A stretch of DNA of 64,000 bases, taken from assembly GCA_965223855.1 (NCBI GenBank), contig CBDCXM010000009.1:1568001-1632000 (forward strand), written 5' to 3'. The stretch is from Candidatus Multivoradales bacterium. GTDB taxonomy: Bacteria; Acidobacteriota; Thermoanaerobaculia; Multivoradales; JAHEKO01. The notes below the pieces were generated by a model. The model saw nothing but the letters and a program-made list of their open reading frames with translations, ran no database searches and was not told where the DNA came from. A program made the position numbers and the translations under genes. The stretch's first letter is position 1. Each line of letters starts with the position of its first letter. Positions 9,220 to 19,258 of this stretch are shown one piece after another.

Positions 9220-9330
9220 GTTGCCTCGTAGAAGTCCGGTCAGGGTCCGTCAATGGACACAGAGTGAGAAGGGCAATCGATTCGAGAGTTGCGGAATGTG
9301 CCTGAGGTCGATTTTTCCAAATAGACTACC

Positions 9331-12300
9331 GTGAAGGTGAAGGGCCTAGTAGTTGGACATGCGAGAGGCTCCAGACTCGTATCTGTACGAGTGCTGGCGG
9401 TGGCGGTTGCACTGCTTGTCTCGATGGCATCGTGCTCGCGGACTTCGCGCGACAGCGGTCTCCCGCCCGAGCTCGAAGACCTGTTGGCTGAGTACCGACC
9501 CTTCTCAGTAAGGCTTTCGCATTCGCCTTTCGTTGAGTGTCTTGGGCGGCACGATCCCATCTGCGCCGGCGGCGCTCCAGAGAGGGCGTTGCCTTCTCTG
9601 TTGCGCGCGCGGAAGGCAGTTCTCCAAACCGAGGGCGCAGCCGGCCTGTACCAACGCGCCCTTTGGGCGCTGCTGGCCTCTCGGGGACAAGAACTGGACG
9701 AAGCAGTCCAGCTCTTCCGCTCGGCCCTTCGTGGCCATCGCACTGCAGACAGGCTGACGGACCTTGCCGCTGCGATCTTCGTCAGGGCCAAGCTCAACGA
9801 GAGGCCGCACGAGCTACTCCTGGCGCTTGACTACTTGGACGAGGCTTTGGAGTTGGATCCGAGTCTCCGGGCAGCGCGACACAACCGAGTTCTGGTGCTC
9901 GACAGCCTGCGCCTGGCAACCTGGACGGGAGAAGAACGAGATCGCTACTTCGAGGTCGAAACGTCGGACGGCTGGAGAGCGGAGGTGGCGGCTCTTGATG
10001 TAGGAGTTCCGTCCGGTTACCCGCCAAGAGGTGGTCGCTTGGAGCTCGAGCGAAGAATCGGCGAATGGGCAGTTGGGGCGCGCGACGCCGGTCGAAGCGA
10101 GCTGGGCGGCGAGTTCGGGAGGCTTCTTGAGGCCGCAAGAGACCTCTATCAGGAACTCGGCGACCGGCTCTACCTCGATAGTCTTGGCGTTCTCTCTGGC
10201 GCACGGCAGGAGGAGCGAGATCGACTCGTACGGGCGCACGCGGCGTTGTTTGAGGCGCGCGGCGGTAGGGAGTACTCGAGCTGCGACCAATCGCTCGACA
10301 AGGCACGGGCCCTCTTCGCCGGAACCGGTTCTCCCTACATCTCTTGGACTGGGATCGACCTGGCGATCTGCGCGTTCTTCCGCCGAGATTTCCAGGCGGC
10401 TAGAGAAGAACTGGATCGGGTTGCGAACCTTGTTGGAGATGAGCCGCATCTTGCGTTGAAAGGACGATCGCTTTGGATCAAGGGCCTAGTTGAGACACAG
10501 GAGGGACGCTTCCACCAGTGTCGGCGCGACTACGAGCGAGCCAAGCTGGCCTTTGGGGCGCTGGGGGAGGTCGGGAGGGTCTCCTATCTAAGCTCGCTCG
10601 AAGCCGAGTGCTTGGATCTTGCCGGCGAGACTGAGAAGGCCTGGATAGCCAGGCTCAGGGCCCTTGGCGGCCTCGACGCGATCTCTAGTGCGGAGCGCAG
10701 GTTCACGGTCATCGAAGAGGCTGTAGAGGCGATGGAGCTCCAGGGAAGAAACGAGGTCGCACTGGGGTATCTCGAAGACCAGATTGCGGTAGTCGAGCAA
10801 TCTCCTCACGGGGCTCCCAGAGACCCACTGGTCTTCTCGCGCCTGGACGAAGGTCGCATCCACTGGATGGAGGGGCGCAGACTTGCAGCGCAGCGAGCCT
10901 GGCAGAAGGCCAGGGCTGCCTGGAAAGAGCTAGCCCAGACCAACGAGAACCGAAAGCGACTTGGGCTTGATCTAGCAGTGACCGAAGCGGTCCTGGGGCG
11001 TGATGCCAGCCAGTCACAGCTCTCGCCGGCGTTGGAGTTCCTCATTAAAGGCAGCAGCGATTCGGGCGATCTCGTAGAAGCCACTCGGTATCGACTTCTC
11101 TTCTCTCAAGCGAGGCTCGCCGAAGCCAACTTCGCGGAGGCTACAGTGGTCCTCTCTGCAGCGGAACAGAACCTCCGCAACAGCATTGTTGCGCCGGAGT
11201 CTGGTTCTTTCGAACTGGGAAAGCAGTACTTGGAGGTGGTTGAGCTGCTCGCTCTGGCTCATCGGTCAAGGGGCGACCTTCAACAGGCCTACTTCTGGGT
11301 GGACAGAGCCGCTAGCGTCCGCGCCGGAGATAGCGGGCCATGGAAGAGCGCTGACCATCTCTACCGAGAGTTGGCAGCGCTAGATCGAGTTTCGGTACTG
11401 CACTATGTGCAGGCGGGCACTTCAATCCAGAGGTGGCTCATTGAGACTTCAGGGACGATATCAGTGGAAACGCTCAGCCAGACCTATGGGCAGGTTGCCT
11501 CCCTGGCGGACGAACTCAGGCAAGCTGCGGCCGGCCGGGAGCGTCAACTGACTGACCTGGGGCACGTGCTCTTGCCGCGAGAGGGATGGGAAGGGAGCGA
11601 CCGAGTGCTCATTGTCGCAACCGGTCCTCTCAAGACTGTGAACTTCGGAGAGTTGCCCGCGTTTGGAGGGGATCTGCCTCTAAGCCCTACGAGTGGCTAT
11701 TCCGTCATTTCCAGTCTAAGCATCGCCCTAAGGGCGCGCCTCGCGTACCGAGATCGTCCTCAGGCGGGCGGGGATATGGTCGTTCTCGCGCCGACTGGGA
11801 CCGGTCGCCTCTTTCCTTCGCTCCCTGCTTTGACGTCGTCGTCGAACGCAGTAGAAGCCCTAATCGCATCGCTGCCGCGAGGACAAGTCCTCACTGGTCG
11901 ACGGGCGTCCAAGGAGTCAGTACTTGACGCGTTCTCTAAAGCCACTCTTGCGCATCTAGCGGTCCACACAGTTCCAGGCGGAGAGGGCAGGAGCGGAACC
12001 GCTTTGTTGCTCTCAGGCGATAGTCATGCGACCGCCCTTCTGGATGAACAGGCGCTTGGCGGCCTGGAGAAGCTGCCTGAGACTCTCGTGCTGGCCGGCT
12101 GTTCGACAGGGGCGCCCCTCGCCGAGAGCAGCAACAGCGTGGGTCTCGCGCTGGCCTTTCTCGGCGCGGGGGTACCAGAGGTGATCGCGAGCTTGGGAGA
12201 TGTGACCGAGCGCCAAAGCCACTGGTTCTTCGCGGAGGTCTTCGCGGGCCGCGGTCACGACGGAAGCCTGTTTCGAGCCTTCGGAAGGGCAGTGGCAAGA

Positions 12301-12378
12301 AGCAGGCGCGGTCCGTCGCTACTGGAGGCTGCTGCGAGCTATCAGTTCTATGGCATCCCGCGGGATTGGGTGCTGTGA
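9331..12378 (+). CDS. TPR + CHAT (caspase-like) domain protein with lipoprotein-like N-terminus
   Basis: LAVAVALLVSMASC; TPR-like helices; CHAT motifs VLIVATGPL, HLAVH, LVLAGCST, GLALAFLGAGVPEVIASL. Confidence 0.88.
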   Translation: MKVKGLVVGHARGSRLVSVRVLAVAVALLVSMASCSRTSRDSGLPPELEDLLAEYRPFSVRLSHSPFVECLGRHDPICAGGAPERALPSLLRARKAVLQTEGAAGLYQRALWALLASRGQELDEAVQLFRSALRGHRTADRLTDLAAAIFVRAKLNERPHELLLALDYLDEALELDPSLRAARHNRVLVLDSLRLATWTGEERDRYFEVETSDGWRAEVAALDVGVPSGYPPRGGRLELERRIGEWAVGARDAGRSELGGEFGRLLEAARDLYQELGDRLYLDSLGVLSGARQEERDRLVRAHAALFEARGGREYSSCDQSLDKARALFAGTGSPYISWTGIDLAICAFFRRDFQAAREELDRVANLVGDEPHLALKGRSLWIKGLVETQEGRFHQCRRDYERAKLAFGALGEVGRVSYLSSLEAECLDLAGETEKAWIARLRALGGLDAISSAERRFTVIEEAVEAMELQGRNEVALGYLEDQIAVVEQSPHGAPRDPLVFSRLDEGRIHWMEGRRLAAQRAWQKARAAWKELAQTNENRKRLGLDLAVTEAVLGRDASQSQLSPALEFLIKGSSDSGDLVEATRYRLLFSQARLAEANFAEATVVLSAAEQNLRNSIVAPESGSFELGKQYLEVVELLALAHRSRGDLQQAYFWVDRAASVRAGDSGPWKSADHLYRELAALDRVSVLHYVQAGTSIQRWLIETSGTISVETLSQTYGQVASLADELRQAAAGRERQLTDLGHVLLPREGWEGSDRVLIVATGPLKTVNFGELPAFGGDLPLSPTSGYSVISSLSIALRARLAYRDRPQAGGDMVVLAPTGTGRLFPSLPALTSSSNAVEALIASLPRGQVLTGRRASKESVLDAFSKATLAHLAVHTVPGGEGRSGTALLLSGDSHATALLDEQALGGLEKLPETLVLAGCSTGAPLAESSNSVGLALAFLGAGVPEVIASLGDVTERQSHWFFAEVFAGRGHDGSLFRAFGRAVARSRRGPSLLEAAASYQFYGIPRDWVL

Positions 12379-12458
12379 TGGGTGCAATCGGTAAGTGCAG
12401 GCTGCTCGGGTCTCTGCAGGCACGGTCAACAATAGATGAAGTTAGAAGCTAGAAAGGA

Positions 12459-13463
12459 GTGGTAATGCGGGCGTTGCTAACAGCTCTACTAGTCGCTTTT
12501 CTCGGGCACGAGGTGGCCTTCTCTCAGACGCCGAAGGCCGCTACGGGTGTCTTTGACATCAGTCTGTCTGGGCTGATGGCATTCGTTCAGAACAACCGGA
12601 CCGCGACAAGCTCGGTTTGGGCCCTGCTCCCTAGGGCAGACCCCTCCGCCGAGTTGCCACCGGTTTACTTTCCGCCAGCTAGCGAGTACCCAATCCACTA
12701 CCCGGTCATTCGTGTAGAGAACGCTCTGGTGAACGGTAAGCAGAAGGTCGACAGCCTGATAATACCGATTGGGGGTATGGACGTGAGCTTCTCTGCCGAT
12801 TCTTCAAAAAAGGGCGACGTAGAGATACCGAAGAAGCCTAGGTTGCTGAGCGATGAGGTTTTCAGGGATCTCAGGCCCGACCCGTCACCGACCGTCGAAG
12901 GCAAGTATTCCGAGTATGCACGTGCCGTATCCTACAGAACGCATAGCTCGCAGTTCGAAGTCGACGAAGGCCTTCTTGGTGTGCTGCCTTTGGCAAGTGC
13001 TAAGCGACTCGTTGCGCGAGTCCTAATGGACAGCGGGAGTTTGAGCTTCTCGCAATCGGGTGCGCCGATGTATGCATACGTAAAAGGTGACAAGACAGGG
13101 GCTGTCACTGAGAGAGAGCACCTCGCTGACCTGGCGAGCCTGAAACTCAAGGGGAGCGTACTCACGATTACACTTACCTCTTTGGTGGAGGCTTCGCCAA
13201 GAACATGGGAGTTCACCGTTGAGGCGATCCCCAATCAGCCCGCGCCTGGCATCGAGCTTCTTCATCAGGTGGGGCCAGGGCTCACCAAGGTCCTAAAGCC
13301 TAGACCAGCCAGGGAGCACTTCAGGGACCTTCTCTGGGCTTACTGGCTGTCGCACGACGCGGATTCCAGCAAACCGAACTGGCATATCTACAACGTGTAC
13401 GCGTCCGACGGTACAACTGGTGGCAGCCGGTGCCCATTCCTGAGGTTTCAGGATCTGAACTAG
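12459..13463 (+). CDS. Secreted hypothetical protein downstream of the CHAT gene
   Basis: AAGGAG RBS; signal peptide; beta-rich; C-terminal CP motif. Confidence 0.75.
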   Translation: MVMRALLTALLVAFLGHEVAFSQTPKAATGVFDISLSGLMAFVQNNRTATSSVWALLPRADPSAELPPVYFPPASEYPIHYPVIRVENALVNGKQKVDSLIIPIGGMDVSFSADSSKKGDVEIPKKPRLLSDEVFRDLRPDPSPTVEGKYSEYARAVSYRTHSSQFEVDEGLLGVLPLASAKRLVARVLMDSGSLSFSQSGAPMYAYVKGDKTGAVTEREHLADLASLKLKGSVLTITLTSLVEASPRTWEFTVEAIPNQPAPGIELLHQVGPGLTKVLKPRPAREHFRDLLWAYWLSHDADSSKPNWHIYNVYASDGTTGGSRCPFLRFQDLN

Positions 13464-15202
13464 TGAGGAAGCTCCTCGCGCCCCTTGTGGCCCTGAGTGC
13501 TCTCCTAGCGGGAGCTCTATGGTTCTCCGGGTGGACAAGCCGGTCGGTTTCGGTAGCACTCTCAACTGATGGCGTACCGCCACATGGGGAGCACCGTGAG
13601 ACTCTCCGGAGGCGGATGGGCTCCACGTTCCTTAGCCGGGACCTTCCAGATGATCTGCGAGTCGTTCGGGGAAGGAGAATCGATCTTCATCTGCCGCACG
13701 TAGGGCTTTGGGATGCCCGAGAGTACTTTCGTCAGGGTGGGGCTGAAGGAGAGAGGGATGCTGTGGAGATTCGCGGTGTCGAGAACTACTCGGTGCTGGT
13801 TCATGTGGCGCACGGTTTGGCGGGCGAGAGCCCAGGTGAGGAAGAACTCTACGCGAGGAGAGAACTCCCGGTCGGTCTGAGTGAGGTATCCCTAGGCGAC
13901 TTCTCGACTCGATATGCCTTTCTGCTGGCATGTGAGGTCCTAGCTCACGGCCCGGATGAAAACAGCCGCTCACCTCCAGCGAGCTACTCACGGCCCGGGG
14001 GCTTCTGCGCTGGGGCACAGTGTTCGGGCCACCGGAGCGCTTTCGACACTTGGCTCCGGTCAGGGCAAGGTGGGTTTCGCAGCTTTGGCCCCCACCTGCG
14101 ACTGGTGTGCGGAGGTTCGTCAAAGATCGCTGTTACCGAGGCCAAGGTGATGGAATTCGCTGACGCTATCTCTAGCGCACGCCGGACCATGGCAGATGCG
14201 TTTATTCTGGCATTCTCAGAGCGAGGAGGGAACCTACCGTTGGTACCAGCGTGTCTTGCTTTCGGAGGGGCATCAGTACGGGGTAGCGCTCTCTTTGATG
14301 TCGTTCCCCGGTTGGGGCGGCGCCGTATTGAGCCGGCCTCAAGGCGAGCTGCCTACTTGGAGTACCCGGTCTTCGTGGGAGGGGAGGAAGTAAACAGTTG
14401 TTCGCCTGTGGGGGGGTATCCGGTTCTAGAAGTAGGCGCAGCTCGACCCGCAGCCGGCCTTGTCGATGAGATGCCGCAACGTCTCCAACGGAGACTCAGA
14501 AAGCCCGTCGCCGGAGTTCTTGACGAGGTGGCGGAAGGGCTGCGACTGGAGTTTGAGAGTAGGACTGGGTTCGTTCGATTGAGTTCAGATCGGTGGAGTC
14601 CCAATGGCACTGGCGCCAGTCAGGCAAGTGCCGGACCTTCTGATTGGCATTTTCTTGACTCAGTTGAGATTCCGGGCCGATCGTCAAAGAACGAAGGAAG
14701 AACGGAGCTTTGGATCCAAGCTGCCTCGATTGGCGCGCATGGAGAAGTTGAGAGCGTAAGTCATTGGAGAAAGGGTTCTAGGTTCGAGAGGCGCTTCTTC
14801 GTGGAGGTACCCGGAGAAGATTGCTTGGTGCCAGTGATAGGGCCAGGTGGCAAGGCCGAGTTGTTCGCGAGAGAGTCCGGGGGGCTGTTCGACTATCAGC
14901 TTGTCGCACGAGAGGTGAAGGGGGAACTGGATGAGACTGTGGTGCTTAGTGCCCCGCCCCTGGTTGCTGCCCAAGAGGAGCTTCGCAGGCGAGGTAAAGC
15001 AGCGGCTGTTCACCACGAGTCTGAGTGGGGGTACTACGAGTTCGGGGCCGGTTGCGACCAGAGCGAGATGAGAATTGGGTATCGGTTCAAGTTCTGGCTT
15101 GAAGACCCAGGCGCTCCAGTAGAGATAGTAGATCTAGTCTGTAGGTCAGACGGCGACGTGGGAGCGGGCGCAATATGCGAGCCGCCTACATGCGAAGAGT
15201 GA
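13463..15202 (+). CDS. Secreted hypothetical protein, DUF6345-like central domain
   Basis: GTG overlapping the upstream TAG; signal/TM; motifs HVAHG, YAFLLACEVL, LRLVCGGS recall DUF6345 (from memory, unverified). Confidence 0.6.
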   Translation: MRKLLAPLVALSALLAGALWFSGWTSRSVSVALSTDGVPPHGEHRETLRRRMGSTFLSRDLPDDLRVVRGRRIDLHLPHVGLWDAREYFRQGGAEGERDAVEIRGVENYSVLVHVAHGLAGESPGEEELYARRELPVGLSEVSLGDFSTRYAFLLACEVLAHGPDENSRSPPASYSRPGGFCAGAQCSGHRSAFDTWLRSGQGGFRSFGPHLRLVCGGSSKIAVTEAKVMEFADAISSARRTMADAFILAFSERGGNLPLVPACLAFGGASVRGSALFDVVPRLGRRRIEPASRRAAYLEYPVFVGGEEVNSCSPVGGYPVLEVGAARPAAGLVDEMPQRLQRRLRKPVAGVLDEVAEGLRLEFESRTGFVRLSSDRWSPNGTGASQASAGPSDWHFLDSVEIPGRSSKNEGRTELWIQAASIGAHGEVESVSHWRKGSRFERRFFVEVPGEDCLVPVIGPGGKAELFARESGGLFDYQLVAREVKGELDETVVLSAPPLVAAQEELRRRGKAAAVHHESEWGYYEFGAGCDQSEMRIGYRFKFWLEDPGAPVEIVDLVCRSDGDVGAGAICEPPTCEE

Positions 15203-15277
15203 GCCCTCCTTTCTTGGGGTGTCACCTGTGTCGAAGGGTCCTCTTCCGTCTCTCTGTCAAGAGAGGTGTGGGCTGAG

Positions 15278-15440
15278 ATGTCCGACTGCTATGACGAAGA
15301 AGAGCTGGAACGGAGAGTTCAACAGGAGGTCGACGCCTTGACGGACGCTGAGATCCGGACGTTCCGTGCTAGTCGGAACAGCATGGAGCACTGGATGTAT
15401 CGAACCTCGGGAGCGATTGGAAGAGTAATCTCGCCCCACA
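15278..15440 (+). pseudogene. Short ORF whose reading frame runs into an element end motif (probably truncated)
   Basis: GAGG RBS, protein-like MSDCYDEEELERRVQQEVDAL...; at 15441 it becomes the element motif. Confidence 0.45.
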
Positions 15441-15871
15441 TGAAGTGCCACACGAATCCGTGCGGAATCCCAATGGTTGTCTGCAGGCGACTGCCGCGCC
15501 TTCTTCGGGATCGCGTTGGTCGACTGACTGCGCGGGATGAAGTGGGATGAAGTGCCCGCCGGATGAAGTGCGCCCGGATGAAGCGGGGGAGGGTCGCTGA
15601 GTTCCCCGCGGGGTGCGTCCGGCCCGGACTGGGCTTCGTGCCGCTCAGGGCCTAGGAACAGTCGACTCTGCGACTCAAGGCGCCGGCGAGAGCCGGTCGG
15701 AGTCGCTGCGCCCGTTTCTCGCCAGGATCGCCCTGGCCGGCCGGAACTGCTCTCAGGAGGTACCCAAGGAGCCCCTGAACGAGCTTCGGGTGGCGCGTCT
15801 CAGCGAGGAGTCACCAAAGCGCTCGCTGCCTCCGGAAGTGCCACACGAATCCGCGAGCCAATCCGCGAGCC
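15441..15871 (+). mobile_element. Non-autonomous internally deleted copy of the RAYT-like element
   Basis: 15441-15462 is identical to 24381-24402; 15583-15656 matches transposase 3' end 25265-25338 (72/74); downstream homology continues to ~15825; second left-type motif at 15835-15853. Confidence 0.9.
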
Positions 15872-15947
15872 CACTCGGCCAGCACACCTCCATCCCGTGA
15901 CATCGCGGGATTCATCTACGCCCCATGATCCCTGGGGACGAGACAGG

Positions 15948-17957
15948 CTACGACCCAGTCAGCGCTGTAGCCGCGGCGGCTGCCAGCAAACCGAGCAGGG
16001 GCAGCCAGAAGGCCACTTGATGCAGGCTCATCCGGCCTGGTTTGCGCTGATTGAAGAGGGTGTCCGTTTCGCGTTTCGTCCATGTGGCCCACACGGCCAG
16101 CAGGGCGAGGTAGGTCAGCCACGTCGACAAGAGGATCACTGCGACGGCGACCGCGGCCGAGGCGCCCGCCAGGTCGCGGGCGCGGTCCGTAGTCTCGATT
16201 CCGGGGAGAGCTGAGACGCTCGCGATCGCAACGTCCAGGAGCCAGAGTCCCGGGGTGACGGTCCACTGCAGGGAGTCTCGTACTGCCGCGGAAGAGAAGG
16301 TCGCCCAGGAGGCAAGGCCGGCGAACACGAGGAGCAGCAGGCGAGCGAGCCTCAGCTGGGACACTCTTCGCGCCCGCTTCTCCACGGCGACTTCCACGCG
16401 GCTTCTGTCGTCGGCCGAGATCTCGACCCCGGCTGCCGTCGCGAGTTCGTGGACGACTAGCCCGACGAATCCGTCCAGGTTGTCCCAGTAGCTCGTGTGG
16501 TCGTTCAGGAGGCTGCCTCGATTGTGCACGACTCTCGAGGCAACACCGACCTCCTGGTAAGGCTCGTCCCCGGTCGGTTCCTGGACGGGCTTGCCATCCG
16601 ACTTGCCGGAACTCCGGTACTGGCGCACCCACTCCCGACGGCGAGACCAGGTTTCAGCGGTGAGAAGGTCTCCGTTCGATACGGGATCCTCGGGAGTGTA
16701 GAAGTCGACCCACCGCACGGGGCGATCGAGTCTCAGGTCCTCGATGCGAGGTCTCAGTCGGCCCGTACTCGCCTTTGCGCCCAGCGAGACGAGGGCGACT
16801 CCGAGGAATGCCATGTACAGGCCCACCACGTGTCCCCACTCCCTCCAGCCGATCCAGGTCATGTAGGACAACGTCAGCAAACCGACACCTGCCAGTGCCG
16901 TCAGTGGTGCAAGCTTCTCGACCAAGGAGTCGCTGCCGCCACCGGGCCTTCGACGACCGGCCTGACTCAGGCGCCTGACTTGAGCGAGCTTGCCCAGACC
17001 AGAGCCCAGGGTCAGGAACCGGTGGAGATTCTCTGGAACATCCTCCCGCAGCACCTCGTGAGCGATTGCCGCGCCCTGCGAGTGCGCTACGACGACGACG
17101 CGCTGACAGCGCGTGGCCAGCCAGTCGAGGTCCCGGCGGAACTTCGCGAGGATCGACGCCCGTTGAATCCTGCTGCTGAGGAGCACGAAGCTGTCACCGA
17201 TGGAGGCTGCCAGCACTCGCTGGCTCCACGTAACGAACGACCGAATCTTCGGAACCGGGAGCATCCTCAGCGCCAGCAAGACGATCATGGCGAGCATCGT
17301 CAGTGGGACAAGCGCGACGCCGAGAATCATCACGAGGACGCTCCAGACTCTCTTGGCCGTGAGGTCGACCCGTCCAAGAAGCATCAGGCCCGCCTTCAAC
17401 CTCTCGACCAGGCGACGGGGTGAGAGTGCGTCCGAGAGTTCAGTGGGAGGCGGTAGGCCTTCCTTCTTCCGGCCGGGCGCTACGGTGCTCAGCACCTTCT
17501 TCAGCTCGAGGTATCTCTTGCCGAAGTGGGAGACGATCGTCCAGGGCAGGATGAGCAGGGTCCACCGAGCCAGGTCGCTGAACCGAGGCTGAAGGAAGGC
17601 GTTGCTCCACCAGGACTCGGCGAGGAGCCACTGACTCTTCCGCGAGGCGCTTGCGACAGGAGGGAGCTCGAGGTCGAGGAGAACATGCCTCGGCGAATCG
17701 TCCTCCTGTGCACTGCCTTGGGCACTTCCATACGAAAGGCGCAGAGGCTCCTCAGCCCCTGCCTGCCGGTTGGGCGCACCGCCGGCCCATCGGTCGAGCC
17801 ACTCGCAGACGGGATCCCCGAAGTGCGCCAGAGTCTCGCCTTCGGACTGTGATCCGATCCCGTGAACGAAGAGAACCCCCAGCCTGGGGGCGGCCTGAGA
17901 AGACGTCGCCGAGCGTTCTCGTGTCTGGCCGGTCTCCTGCGACTCTTCTGCAGTCAA
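15948..17957 (-). CDS. Membrane-associated alpha/beta-hydrolase-fold protein
   Basis: LFVHGIG, VAHSQG nucleophile elbow, LTLGS, DFYTPEDPV, HTSYW; several TM helices. Confidence 0.8.
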   Translation of the reverse strand: MTAEESQETGQTRERSATSSQAAPRLGVLFVHGIGSQSEGETLAHFGDPVCEWLDRWAGGAPNRQAGAEEPLRLSYGSAQGSAQEDDSPRHVLLDLELPPVASASRKSQWLLAESWWSNAFLQPRFSDLARWTLLILPWTIVSHFGKRYLELKKVLSTVAPGRKKEGLPPPTELSDALSPRRLVERLKAGLMLLGRVDLTAKRVWSVLVMILGVALVPLTMLAMIVLLALRMLPVPKIRSFVTWSQRVLAASIGDSFVLLSSRIQRASILAKFRRDLDWLATRCQRVVVVAHSQGAAIAHEVLREDVPENLHRFLTLGSGLGKLAQVRRLSQAGRRRPGGGSDSLVEKLAPLTALAGVGLLTLSYMTWIGWREWGHVVGLYMAFLGVALVSLGAKASTGRLRPRIEDLRLDRPVRWVDFYTPEDPVSNGDLLTAETWSRRREWVRQYRSSGKSDGKPVQEPTGDEPYQEVGVASRVVHNRGSLLNDHTSYWDNLDGFVGLVVHELATAAGVEISADDRSRVEVAVEKRARRVSQLRLARLLLLVFAGLASWATFSSAAVRDSLQWTVTPGLWLLDVAIASVSALPGIETTDRARDLAGASAAVAVAVILLSTWLTYLALLAVWATWTKRETDTLFNQRKPGRMSLHQVAFWLPLLGLLAAAAATALTGS

Positions 17958-17981
17958 GCACCCTCCCGGCCAAGGGTGCCC

Positions 17982-18884
17982 TCAGGCACCCTGCTGGTCG
18001 CTCCCCTCGAGTGCCCGGTGGGTGGTCCAATCGAGCGAGGACGGTGTTTTGCAAAGCCCGTTCAGCAACTCGAGTTTCGGCGGGTGCAGGACGGAGCGAA
18101 ACTTCATCTGAAGGTCCGTGTGCTCACGGCTCTCGAGCCGATACCAGCGCGGGCGCGACTCACAGTAGTCCTTCACCGGCGTCTTCATCACGACATTTCT
18201 GGACACCTGGAAGACATCCTGGGCGGTGCGAGTTGCTTGCGAGGATGTGCTGCACAGTCTGTCCAGAAAGACCAGGTCCGGTGGGTCGGTCACAGCCGCG
18301 AACTGGGACTGGATGGTGTTGTGGGATTCGCTTTCCCACCTGTACCAGCGTGGACGAGAAGCACAGTAGTCTTCGATCGAAGTCCCCATCGCGGCAGCAC
18401 GAATCTTCAGGAGTCGCGAAGCGATGGCTTTCCACGTCCCCTTGTCTTCGAGCGACGTCTTCATCGCCTCGGTGCCGCAGTCGGGATCGCCGTCGTTGGC
18501 AAGGTGGTAGCCGGCAATGAACCCCCCGGCCACCACGACGGTGGAGATGACGAGGATGACGGTGCTGTCGTCGCCGCTGAACAGGAGCAAGAGGGGCGCC
18601 GGGAGGCCGTACAGGAGATTGCCTCTCGGCCGATACGGGTCGAGCTCGTAGTTCGGGTCGGCCTTCTCGACTCCTATCGAGTCGTGTTCCGAGGTGTAGG
18701 TATAGAGCTGAGGCCCACACATGGCCCGAAGGACGACATCGTTGCGAAAACCGAACTCGGGGACCGTGGTTTCTTCGAGAAACCGGTCGGCGGTGTGCGA
18801 GTCATTCCAGTCAGGCGACAAGAACCAGCCGAGTCCTGCCCCCGCGGCGAAGGTCAGGGCCAGGTAGAGAAGAACGTATCTCAC
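17982..18884 (-). CDS. Hypothetical membrane/secreted protein with a duplicated Cys-bounded C-terminal domain
   Basis: N-terminal hydrophobic helix, central TM, two DYC.SRPRWYR.ES..H...C repeats. Confidence 0.65.
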   Translation of the reverse strand: MRYVLLYLALTFAAGAGLGWFLSPDWNDSHTADRFLEETTVPEFGFRNDVVLRAMCGPQLYTYTSEHDSIGVEKADPNYELDPYRPRGNLLYGLPAPLLLLFSGDDSTVILVISTVVVAGGFIAGYHLANDGDPDCGTEAMKTSLEDKGTWKAIASRLLKIRAAAMGTSIEDYCASRPRWYRWESESHNTIQSQFAAVTDPPDLVFLDRLCSTSSQATRTAQDVFQVSRNVVMKTPVKDYCESRPRWYRLESREHTDLQMKFRSVLHPPKLELLNGLCKTPSSLDWTTHRALEGSDQQGA

Positions 18885-19258
18885 GCGATCTCACGGCGCA
18901 CAAAGAGGCGCCGCCTCGCTTTCCTGATCATGTGTTTCGAGTCTACCCGACAGCCAGCCAGGCTGACGCCCTCAACCTGAATCGGGTCGTCCCGGTGCGT
19001 TTCGGGCAGGCCCTTCGAACAGAACTATGAGATTCCGGACTCGGGTTGGACGAACCCTTCGCCCCCTCGATCGACGAGGTGAAGGCCAAGGTCCTGTGCT
19101 ACTGCAGGGGCTTGCTGGACAAGGCCGACGACTGGTCCGAGCTTGGCGGTGCTCCGAGGCCGAGGAAGGTGCCCTCCTGGTACTCGTGTGGGCTCCTCCA
19201 TGTGGGAAATCTGCGGCGCGAGTCCGTCTAGTGGATTGGCCCACGAAAGGAGAGTTCT

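Noticed and set aside
15535-15585. GGATGAAGTG repeats as a mini-CRISPR
   Set aside because: Units are 10 bp with 0-6 bp spacers and there are no cas genes; better explained as element-end stutter
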